Positions 1 through 7,041 of a stretch of 15,806 nt of DNA are shown one piece after another. Every line of letters starts with the position of its first letter. The stretch's first letter is position 1. The stretch lies in NCBI GenBank assembly GCA_029246845.1, contig JAQWMJ010000014.1:1-15806 (forward strand), in the 5' to 3' direction. The notes under the pieces are model-generated. The model had not been told where the DNA came from, did no database searches, and saw nothing but the letters and a program-made list of their open reading frames with translations. A program made the translations under genes and the position numbers. This DNA is from Thermodesulfobacteriota bacterium. GTDB lineage: Bacteria; Desulfobacterota_D; UBA1144.

Positions 1-1
1 T

Positions 2-1024
2 GCTGCACAAATTCAAGAAATAAAGAACATAATAAGAAGTAAATCTTTCATTCAAAATACAAATTTAGGGACAATCGAGGAGTTGAATCTAATCGATATT
101 TATAAGAAAGATATTTTAAAATCTATCAATTTAAATAAAAAAATTAGATTAGGTGTTGATTGTGCAAATACACCAATAGGGCTTTTTGCTAAAGATATAA
201 TGAGTGATGCAGGATGCGAAGTTTATGAGCTTTATCCTGAGCCAAACGGGGATTTTCCAAACCATCACCCTGATCCGTCTGTAGAGGAAAACCTCAAAGA
301 TCTTGTAAGCCTTGTAAAAAGAGAAGAATTAGATTTTGGTATCTCATTTGATGGTGATGCGGATAGAATTGGAGTGGTTGACGAGAATGGTAGCTTTATA
401 TATTCAGATATGGTCTTGTTATTGTTAGCAAGATCTGTTTTAAAGGATAATCCAGGGGCAAAGATTATTGGTGAAGTTAAGTGTTCAAAAAATTTATTTG
501 AAGATATCAAAAAAAATGGTGGTATCCCGATAATGTGGAGAACAGGACACTCTAATATTAAAAGAAAAGTTAAGGAAGAGTCGGCGCCATTAGCTGGAGA
601 GTTAAGTGGCCATATCTTCTTTGCAGATAAACACCATGGTTTTGATGATGCCTTATATGCAGGTTTGAGATTGGCAGAGGTGGCTTCATATTATGATGGA
701 ACTTTTAGTTCAATGTTAAAAGACATACCTCAAATGTATTCTACTCCAGAAATGAGAATTGACTTTCCAGAAGAGGAGAAGTTTAAATTTATTGAGCAAT
801 TTACGAAATCAATGAAAAATTCTATGAGTTCATCTCACAGACTAGTCACAGTTGATGGAATTAGAATTGAAACAGATGATGGGTGGGCCTTGGTGCGTGC
901 ATCTAATACTCAACCTGCGTTGACAATTAGATTTGAAGCAAATTCAGAAAAGAATCTCAAAGAGCTTATGCAATATGTACAAAAAGAAATAAGCAAGGTT
1001 ACGGATAAAATTTGCATATTTTAG
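2..1024 (+). CDS. algC: Phosphomannomutase/phosphoglucomutase (alpha-D-phosphohexomutase, AlgC-like PMM/PGM subgroup), 5'-truncated by window edge
   Basis: Frame is open from position 2 (AAQIQEIKNIIRSK...), so the TTG at 83 is internal. Motifs: PxGxFPxHHPDP, metal loop FDGDADR, sugar-binding loop GELSGH, phosphate-binding RASNTQP. The catalytic Ser motif (TASHNP) is absent and expected upstream of the window. The symbol reflects the subgroup; exact substrate not determined. Confidence 0.93.
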   Translation, partial: AAQIQEIKNIIRSKSFIQNTNLGTIEELNLIDIYKKDILKSINLNKKIRLGVDCANTPIGLFAKDIMSDAGCEVYELYPEPNGDFPNHHPDPSVEENLKDLVSLVKREELDFGISFDGDADRIGVVDENGSFIYSDMVLLLLARSVLKDNPGAKIIGEVKCSKNLFEDIKKNGGIPIMWRTGHSNIKRKVKEESAPLAGELSGHIFFADKHHGFDDALYAGLRLAEVASYYDGTFSSMLKDIPQMYSTPEMRIDFPEEEKFKFIEQFTKSMKNSMSSSHRLVTVDGIRIETDDGWALVRASNTQPALTIRFEANSEKNLKELMQYVQKEISKVTDKICIF

Positions 1025-2025
1025 ATTGGAAAAATATCACAGGCGTACATTGTGGTTCAGTAGCAATTAGAAATGTTGTCAATTATTTTGGTGTTGACTA
1101 TGAAGAGGCTCTTTGCTTTGGATTAGGGTCGGGTCTCGGTTTCTTTTATTCTACAAATAGGGAAGGGAGTCCTTCCGAAGTGATCCATTTAAGAGCACCA
1201 AACATGGAGCCTATTTTTTTTAGCGATTCTAGTTATAAGTATGAATGGATACAAGAGGATAGCGCTAGCAAAGCACAAGAAAAACTTATTAAAGACATTA
1301 AGAAGGGATACCCTGTCTTTTTACAAACAGATATATTTTTTCTACATTATTATAATTCTAACATTAACTTCCCAGGTCACGTTATTGTTTGTATTGGTGT
1401 AGATGAAAAGAAAAAGTTATTTTATGTTTCTGATACAAACTTTCAAGATATTCAACAAGTAACTTTTCGGGATATGAACTATGCTCGTTCGTCAAAAGCA
1501 GAGCCTTACCCTCTTTCATATAATCACTTTAAGGTTAAGTCATTTATTGCATTTAAAAACCTTAAGGGCAAAATAGAAAAATCAATTCTACAAAATTCAT
1601 ACAACTACATAAATGGACAAACCTCAGAAAGAGGCGTAAGTTCAATCTTTATGATTCTAGAATGGGCGAATAATTTGTATCGATGGGAATCTTTAAATGA
1701 TTCTGCAAGTACCTTTAAATTTGCTTATCAAATTATAGTGAAACGTGGCTCTAAAGGAGCAGGGTTTCGTTGGATATATAAAGATTTTTTAACTATAGCT
1801 GAAAGTAAATCACCAAAAATTAGAGGGCTAAAACTAGTAAAGAGTATGGATCTCATTGCCGATAAGTGGAACCATATAGGCCTTTTGTTAAAACGTATTG
1901 GACAAAAAAAGCCTGGAACTGATATTGCTGAATTAATATTATGTACGAAAGAGGTCTTTAATTTAGAATATTCTTTTCACACGAAAGTTATAGATAGTTT
2001 AGGAGACAAAAAAAAAGGGGCTTGA
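1012..2025 (+). CDS. BtrH N-terminal domain / DUF4872-like protein (papain-fold, putative Cys-His-Asp peptidase or acyltransferase)
   Basis: 337 aa, TTG start overlapping the upstream stop by 13 nt. The N-terminal GVHCGSVAIRN...E..CFGLGSGLGFFY pattern plus PVFLQTDIFFLHYY and FPGHVIVCIGVD...YVSD match my recollection of the BtrH_N family. The C-terminal helical half with KRGSKGAGFRWIY..FL resembles DUF4872. Putative triad C14/H123/D141. Confidence 0.75.
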   Translation: MHILDWKNITGVHCGSVAIRNVVNYFGVDYEEALCFGLGSGLGFFYSTNREGSPSEVIHLRAPNMEPIFFSDSSYKYEWIQEDSASKAQEKLIKDIKKGYPVFLQTDIFFLHYYNSNINFPGHVIVCIGVDEKKKLFYVSDTNFQDIQQVTFRDMNYARSSKAEPYPLSYNHFKVKSFIAFKNLKGKIEKSILQNSYNYINGQTSERGVSSIFMILEWANNLYRWESLNDSASTFKFAYQIIVKRGSKGAGFRWIYKDFLTIAESKSPKIRGLKLVKSMDLIADKWNHIGLLLKRIGQKKPGTDIAELILCTKEVFNLEYSFHTKVIDSLGDKKKGA

Positions 2026-2038
2026 AGCCCCTTTTTTT
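2008..2038. terminator. Bidirectional intrinsic (Rho-independent) terminator between the convergent BtrH-like gene and groEL
   Basis: A9 (2008-2016), GGGGCT (2017-2022), TGA loop (2023-2025), AGCCCC (2026-2031), T7 (2032-2038). This gives a GC stem followed by a U-tract on both strands. Confidence 0.9.
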
Positions 2039-2055
2039 ATTTTTTAAATGAATTA

Positions 2056-3717
2056 TTACATCATTCCAGGCATTCCGCCCATTCCCATAGGTCCGCCAGG
2101 CATTCCGCCACCGCCACCACCAGCAGGTCCTTCATCAGCACTAGGTTTTTCAACAATTAATGCTTCAGTTGTAAGAAGCAGAGCTGATACACTACCAGCG
2201 TTTTGAATTGCAGACCTTGTTACTTTTGCAGGATCTACGATTCCCGCAGCTAACATATCGCAATATTCAAGCGTAGCCGCATTGAAACCAAAGGAACCTT
2301 TTGATTCTTTAATTTTTTCAACAACAATAGATCCATCAGCCCCAGCATTCTGGGCGATTTCTCTAATTGGTTCTTCAAGAGCTCTTCTAATAATGTTAAC
2401 ACCTGCATCTTCTTCGTCGTCACCAGTGCTAAATTTATCAAGACCTTTTATTGCTCTTACTAACGCTACTCCGCCTCCAGGGACAATTCCTTCATCCACT
2501 GCAGCACGTGTAGCATTTAGAGCATCTTCAACTCTTGCTTTCTTTTCTTTCATTTCAGCTTCAGTTGCAGCACCTACAAGTATCACAGATACTCCGCCTG
2601 CTAATTTAGCTAATCTTTCCTGAAGTTTTTCTCTATCATATTCACCAGATGCATCTTGAATTTGTGCTTTTATCTGATTAATTCTAGAACTTATTTCTGC
2701 TTTTTTACCTGAACCGCCAACTATAGTTGTATTATCTTTGTCTATTACAACTCTTTTTGCAGAACCACAATGTTGAAGGTTTGCAGCTTCAAGTGACATT
2801 CCAGCTTCTTCAACAATAACAGTACCACCAGTAAGAACAGCAATATCCTCAAGCATATCGCCTCTTCTATCTCCAAAACCAGGGGCCTTAACAGCTGCAA
2901 CTTTTAAGGTTCCACGCATTTTGTTAACTACAAGAGTTGCCAACGCTTCTCCTTCAATATCCTCAGCCATTATAAGTACGGGTCTTGAAGTTTTTGCAAC
3001 CTCTTCTAATAATGGAACTAAATCTTTCATGTTTGCTATTTTTTTCTGATACATAAAAATGTATGGATCTTCTAGCTCAACAGTCATTCTTTCAGGCTCA
3101 GTAACTAAATAAGGACTTAAATAGCCTCTATCAAACTGCATACCCTCTACTATATTAAGCTCTGTTTCCAAGCTTCTTCCTTCTTCAACAGTTATTACAC
3201 CATCTTTACCAACTTTTTCCATGGCATCAGAGATAATCTGTCCGATTTCACCTTCACCATTAGCAGAAATTGTAGCAACTGATGCAATTTCATCTTTACC
3301 CTTGACAGGTTTTGATACTTTTCTTATTTCATCGATAACAGCTTGGACTGCTTTATCAATTCCTCTTTTAAGTTTCATAGGGTCATGTCCTGCTGCAGTC
3401 AGCTTAATACCCTCACGGTAAATAGCTTGAGCTAAAACAGTAGCAGTTGTTGTCCCGTCACCAGCAACATCATTGGTTTTAGAAGCAACTTCCTTAACCA
3501 TCTGAGCTCCCATGTTCTCAAATTTATCTTCAAGCTCTATTTCTTTTGCTACAGTAACTCCATCTTTGGTTACCACAGGGGCACCAAATGTTTTTTCGAT
3601 TAAAACATTTCTACCTCTTGGTCCAAGAGTCGCTTTTACAGCATTAGCAAGCTTGTCTACCCCTTCTTTTACTAAAGATTGGGCTTCTCTTCCAAATAAA
3701 ATATCTTTTGCACTCAT
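2056..3717 (-). CDS. groEL: Chaperonin GroEL (Cpn60)
   Basis: 553 aa. Motifs [68 protein letters not shown] and a Gly/Met tail. Tandem TAA TAA stop. Confidence 0.99.
   Translation of the reverse strand: MSAKDILFGREAQSLVKEGVDKLANAVKATLGPRGRNVLIEKTFGAPVVTKDGVTVAKEIELEDKFENMGAQMVKEVASKTNDVAGDGTTTATVLAQAIYREGIKLTAAGHDPMKLKRGIDKAVQAVIDEIRKVSKPVKGKDEIASVATISANGEGEIGQIISDAMEKVGKDGVITVEEGRSLETELNIVEGMQFDRGYLSPYLVTEPERMTVELEDPYIFMYQKKIANMKDLVPLLEEVAKTSRPVLIMAEDIEGEALATLVVNKMRGTLKVAAVKAPGFGDRRGDMLEDIAVLTGGTVIVEEAGMSLEAANLQHCGSAKRVVIDKDNTTIVGGSGKKAEISSRINQIKAQIQDASGEYDREKLQERLAKLAGGVSVILVGAATEAEMKEKKARVEDALNATRAAVDEGIVPGGGVALVRAIKGLDKFSTGDDEEDAGVNIIRRALEEPIREIAQNAGADGSIVVEKIKESKGSFGFNAATLEYCDMLAAGIVDPAKVTRSAIQNAGSVSALLLTTEALIVEKPSADEGPAGGGGGGMPGGPMGMGGMPGMM
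2059..2121 (-). repeat. Low-complexity Gly/Met/Pro repeat encoding the GroEL C-terminal tail
   Basis: Repeated cattcc(g/a) and ccgcca units on the + strand translate on the - strand to [21 protein letters not shown]. Confidence 0.9.
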
Positions 3718-3725
3718 TTAATTTA

Positions 3726-3733
3726 ACCTCCTA
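3726..3733 (-). promoter_or_regulatory. Shine-Dalgarno site for groEL
   Basis: TAGGAGGT on the - strand; the AGGAGG core (3727-3732) is 9 nt upstream of the ATG at 3717. Confidence 0.9.
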
Positions 3734-3735
3734 AG

Positions 3736-4026
3736 TTATTCAATAATTCCTAAAATTTCATTTTGTGTTAAAAAAACATATTCGCCATCAGCTAGTGAAA
3801 GCTCCATTCCCCCGTATTTGTTGAATAGAACGGCATCTCCCTCTTTGACATCAAGCGGCATTATAGTACCGTCATCAAGAAGTTTTCCGGTTCCAACTGC
3901 TGCAACCGTACCTTCCTGTGACTTTTCCTGAGTAGTACTTTCAGGGATTATTATTCCACCCTTTGTCGTTGATTCGGGACTGTTAACTTTAACTAAAACC
4001 CTGTCGTATAAAGGTTTGATATTCAT
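3736..4026 (-). CDS. groES: Co-chaperonin GroES (Cpn10)
   Basis: 96 aa. Motifs IKPLYDRVLVK, mobile loop TTKGGIIIP, AVGTG, VKEGD.VLF.KYGG, EILGII. Lies 18 nt upstream of groEL. Confidence 0.99.
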   Translation of the reverse strand: MNIKPLYDRVLVKVNSPESTTKGGIIIPESTTQEKSQEGTVAAVGTGKLLDDGTIMPLDVKEGDAVLFNKYGGMELSLADGEYVFLTQNEILGIIE

Positions 4027-4033
4027 GTAAAAT

Positions 4034-4043
4034 CCCCTCCTTA
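4034..4043 (-). promoter_or_regulatory. Shine-Dalgarno site for groES
   Basis: TAAGGAGGGG on the - strand, ending 7 nt before the ATG at 4026. Confidence 0.9.
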
Positions 4044-4071
4044 TTTTACTGTATAGTTATTAGATATATAG

Positions 4072-4099
4072 AAGATAAGCATGTTACTTGCTTTGTCAA
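4072..4099 (-). promoter_or_regulatory. Putative groESL promoter
   Basis: - strand reads TTGACA (4099-4094), a 16-nt spacer, then TATCTT (4077-4072). Perfect sigma70-type -35 and 4/6 -10. It can also be read as CTTGAC-N15-CTTATCT, which resembles RpoH-type promoters. Confidence 0.6.
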
Positions 4100-4116
4100 G
4101 ATATTATTATTAAGAT
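4088..4116 (+). promoter_or_regulatory. Putative pcrA/uvrD operon promoter
   Basis: TTGCTT (4088-4093), 17 nt, TAAGAT (4111-4116), ending 31 nt upstream of the TTG start. The AT-rich context lowers specificity. Confidence 0.4.
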
Positions 4117-4147
4117 TATAGACCATTTTAATTAATGAAGTAGAAAA

Positions 4148-6220
4148 TTGAACATTTTAGATAAATATAACTTAAACCCCAACCAGCTAAAAGCTGCAAA
4201 TCATATTAATGGACCAGCTTTGGTTCTTGCAGGCGCTGGTTCTGGTAAGACAAGGATTCTAACTCTCCGTATTTTAAACTTAGTACAATCTCAGATCGCT
4301 GGCAGTGAGCAAATTTTAGCTCTTACTTTTACTAATAAGGCAGCTGATGAGATTAGGGACAGATTATCCAATATGCTAGGTGCTGATAATCTTTTTCCAT
4401 GGATGGGAACTTTTCATTCTATTTCTTACAAGATTTTAAGAATATTCGTTAATGAATTGAATCCTGATTACAAGAAAGGCTTTACAATCTATGACAGTAG
4501 TGATCAAACTCGTTTATTAAAAGATACGATTAAATCTTTAGATTTAGATCTGGATCAATATCCTCCTGCACTAATAAAAACAATTATTGATGGACTTAAG
4601 AACTCGACTCCATATGGGGAATGGGCCATTGAAGATAAAAATCGAAAGAAAATTATTGAAACTTATCAGAAAAGATTAAAAGAAAATAATGCTATGGATT
4701 TTGGTGATCTTATTTTGAATTGTTACGAGCTAATTCTAAAGAGTGAAAAAGTAAGAAATTATTTGAGGAAAACTTTTCAATATATATTAGTTGATGAGTA
4801 CCAAGATACAAACGATATTCAGTTTAAGCTAATCAAGCTTCTACTGAATTCAGAAGACAATTTGTTTGTTGTTGGAGATGATAATCAACTTATTTATGGA
4901 TGGAGGGGAGCTTCTGTTGATACAATATTAAATTTTGAAACGTTATTTCCTAAGACTGTAATATATAAGTTGGAACAAAATTATCGATCAACACCCCAGA
5001 TACTTGACGTTGCAAACAATCTCATTTCGAACAATAAAAAGAAGATGGAGAAGAACCTTTGGACTAGTAATCCAAAGGGAGACTTGGTAGAGCTTACCAG
5101 CCAGAGAAGTGATATTGCAGAGGCAGAATATGTAGCTAATAAAATAAAAGAATACAGTGGAGATTATAAGTTAAGTGATATCGCAATCTTTTATAGAACA
5201 AATGCACAGTCCAGGGTTTTAGAGGATCAATTAAGAAAGAAAAAAATTCAGTACAAAATATTTGGCAATATTAGCTTTTACGATAGAGCAGAAATTAAAG
5301 ATTTAGTTTGTTATTTGCGTCTAATAGTAAATCCAGAGGATGGGATAGCCTTCAATAGAATAATAAATACTCCTGCCCGTGGAATAGGAGCAAAAACATT
5401 ACAAAAGTTAATGAATCTCAAGAAAGAAGATGTGAGCTATATCGATCTGCTGTATGTTGGTGTGGACCATAAGATTTTTAGTAAGAAGTCCGAAGTGTTA
5501 GTGTTGAAATTAATTACCGCAATTGATACTTGCTCTATAAGTTTGGAAAATGGTGGAATTATTTCTGAATGCATAGAACAATTTCTAATTGATTTACAAT
5601 ACCAAGAGCACCTAAAGGATGAGGATAGAGTTGAAAATATTTCTGAATTTATAAATGTAATAAGTGATTATGAGGAAAACATAAATGAAAATAATTTGTC
5701 AGAGTTTCTTAATTCGTTATCTATTTCTTCTTCTGTTGATGGGCTGGACTCATCATCAGAGTCCATAACTCTGATGACAATTCACCTAGCTAAAGGTTTA
5801 GAATTTCCATGTGTCTTCTTTGTTGGAATTGAGGACCAAATTGTTCCACATTCTAGGACTCATGATGATGAAAATGAAATTGAAGAAGAAAGAAGACTTT
5901 GTTACGTAGCAATTACTAGAGCAATCAAGAAACTACATCTTTCGTATGCAAATTTTAGAAAAGTCTTTGGGCAAATTATCCCTTCAGGTAAATCTAGATT
6001 TGTTGAAGAAATAGCAAATTCAGAAAATATTTTACGACTTGATGGCATCTCTACTAATAGTGGCAATAGTAGCAATGAGGAAAAGAAAGTTTTTCATTAT
6101 AGATTTGGAACAGGATGTATAGTCTACAGTGATGATGATTCTATTGAGGATGTAGTTCTAGTTCAATTTGATTCAGGCTTTAGAAAGAAGGTCTTTGTTC
6201 ATGACTTGGAGGGTAGTTAG
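4148..6220 (+). CDS. pcrA: ATP-dependent SF1A DNA helicase UvrD/PcrA
   Basis: 690 aa. Q motif LNPNQ, Walker A AGAGSGKT, TFTNKAA, GTFHS, Walker B VDEYQD, VGDDNQLIYGWRGA, LEQNYRST, YRTNAQSR, TIHLAKGLEF, EERRLCYVAITRA, C-terminal HxxFGxG. An in-frame TGA at 4136-4138 forces the TTG start. Confidence 0.96.
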   Translation: MNILDKYNLNPNQLKAANHINGPALVLAGAGSGKTRILTLRILNLVQSQIAGSEQILALTFTNKAADEIRDRLSNMLGADNLFPWMGTFHSISYKILRIFVNELNPDYKKGFTIYDSSDQTRLLKDTIKSLDLDLDQYPPALIKTIIDGLKNSTPYGEWAIEDKNRKKIIETYQKRLKENNAMDFGDLILNCYELILKSEKVRNYLRKTFQYILVDEYQDTNDIQFKLIKLLLNSEDNLFVVGDDNQLIYGWRGASVDTILNFETLFPKTVIYKLEQNYRSTPQILDVANNLISNNKKKMEKNLWTSNPKGDLVELTSQRSDIAEAEYVANKIKEYSGDYKLSDIAIFYRTNAQSRVLEDQLRKKKIQYKIFGNISFYDRAEIKDLVCYLRLIVNPEDGIAFNRIINTPARGIGAKTLQKLMNLKKEDVSYIDLLYVGVDHKIFSKKSEVLVLKLITAIDTCSISLENGGIISECIEQFLIDLQYQEHLKDEDRVENISEFINVISDYEENINENNLSEFLNSLSISSSVDGLDSSSESITLMTIHLAKGLEFPCVFFVGIEDQIVPHSRTHDDENEIEEERRLCYVAITRAIKKLHLSYANFRKVFGQIIPSGKSRFVEEIANSENILRLDGISTNSGNSSNEEKKVFHYRFGTGCIVYSDDDSIEDVVLVQFDSGFRKKVFVHDLEGS
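6208..6212 (+). promoter_or_regulatory. Shine-Dalgarno site embedded in the last codons of pcrA
   Basis: GGAGG 8 nt upstream of the TTG at 6221. Confidence 0.7.
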
Positions 6221-6730
6221 TTGAACCTAGGAGACAAATTGATAGATTTTAGTTTACTGGGAGTTAATGATTCATATTTTAATTCTGTTGATGTTAGTAA
6301 TAAAAAAAAGATTGTAATTTTTTTTACATGCAACCATTGTCCTTATGTCCATGCCTATGAAAAAAGGATAATTAAACTCCAGAAGTCTTATCGTGACATT
6401 GTTCAATTTATTGGAATAAACTCTAATGATGATACAAAATATCCCGAAGATAGTTTTGAAAAAATGAAAGAAAGAAGTAGGGATAATAATTTTAATTTTA
6501 TATATGTGAGGGATTTATATCAAGAGGTTGCAAAAATTTATAATGCATCACATACACCCCATTTTTTTTTGTTTAACAAAGATAAGATATTAATATATAA
6601 AGGTAAGCTTGATGATAATTGGGAAGATGAGAATAAAGTTGAGAATTGTTACCTAGAAGATGCAATCAGAAATCCTAGATATACTCCAAGAGATACTTTT
6701 CCGGTTGGGTGCTCTATTAAATGGCTATAA
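6221..6730 (+). CDS. Thioredoxin-fold protein, AhpC/TSA (PRX-like) family redoxin
   Basis: 169 aa. FTCNHCPYV (C37xxC40), INSND..YPEDSFEKMK, QEVAK.Y.A..TPHFFLF, YKGKLDDNW, C-terminal GCSIKW (C164). TTG start directly abuts the pcrA TAG. Confidence 0.9.
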   Translation: MNLGDKLIDFSLLGVNDSYFNSVDVSNKKKIVIFFTCNHCPYVHAYEKRIIKLQKSYRDIVQFIGINSNDDTKYPEDSFEKMKERSRDNNFNFIYVRDLYQEVAKIYNASHTPHFFLFNKDKILIYKGKLDDNWEDENKVENCYLEDAIRNPRYTPRDTFPVGCSIKWL

Positions 6731-7041
6731 AGAAACATAGAAAAGGCAAGATTATGACGAAACATGCAAGAATAAAAAATCTTGATGCTTTTCTAGAAAA
6801 ATATTTGGAGCCTATATCTGGGGTTAAGTTGATAACCCCTGGTGTGATTAAAGTGGGAAGGGGCAAGGGTGAAACTTTGAAGGTTACTTATGGCAGAGAG
6901 ATGTATCAAGGAATGGGGGATATTCTCGTGGGATGTAAATTGAACGCAACATCAGGAAATTCTAATCAGGAAATTTTTATCTCCACTAGTGAGCCAAGTG
7001 AAGTTAGGAAAATAATTCAAAAAATAAACACCAAAGATTAA
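6721..7041 (+). CDS. Small basic uncharacterised protein, DUF2103-like (annotated as predicted metal-binding)
   Basis: 106 aa overlapping the upstream gene by 10 nt. The pattern RKGKI..KH..I..L..FLE...ITPGVI...G.KL.A.SG...QEIFI.T matches my recollection of DUF2103. Alternative ATG at 6754. Confidence 0.65.
   Translation: MAIKKHRKGKIMTKHARIKNLDAFLEKYLEPISGVKLITPGVIKVGRGKGETLKVTYGREMYQGMGDILVGCKLNATSGNSNQEIFISTSEPSEVRKIIQKINTKD

Noticed and set aside
78..85. GAGGAG directly before the TTG at 83 as the PMM/PGM start
   Set aside because: There is no spacing between SD and codon, the frame is open to the window edge, and the catalytic N-terminal domain is missing, so this is an internal Leu.
265..510. 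81-aa ORF antisense to PMM/PGM
   Set aside because: Shadow ORF on the opposite strand of a conserved gene, with no recognisable motif.
2023..2025. TGA in a hairpin as a selenocysteine or readthrough signal
   Set aside because: A bacterial SECIS lies 3' of the UGA, whereas here UGA is the loop of a terminator. Readthrough would only run antisense into the groEL tail.
2250..3721. Small ORFs overlapping groEL (2250-2441, 2282-2623, 3221-3421, 3512-3721)
   Set aside because: Alternate-frame or antisense shadows typical of codon-biased chaperonin genes; Ser/Pro/Ile-rich with no independent support.
4027..4147. Canonical CIRCE, HAIR or an RNA gene upstream of groES
   Set aside because: No TTAGCACTC/GAGTGCTAA arms. 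CTTG-N6-CAAG at 4087-4100 is too short and wrongly spaced for HAIR. No tRNA-like or GC-rich structured RNA.
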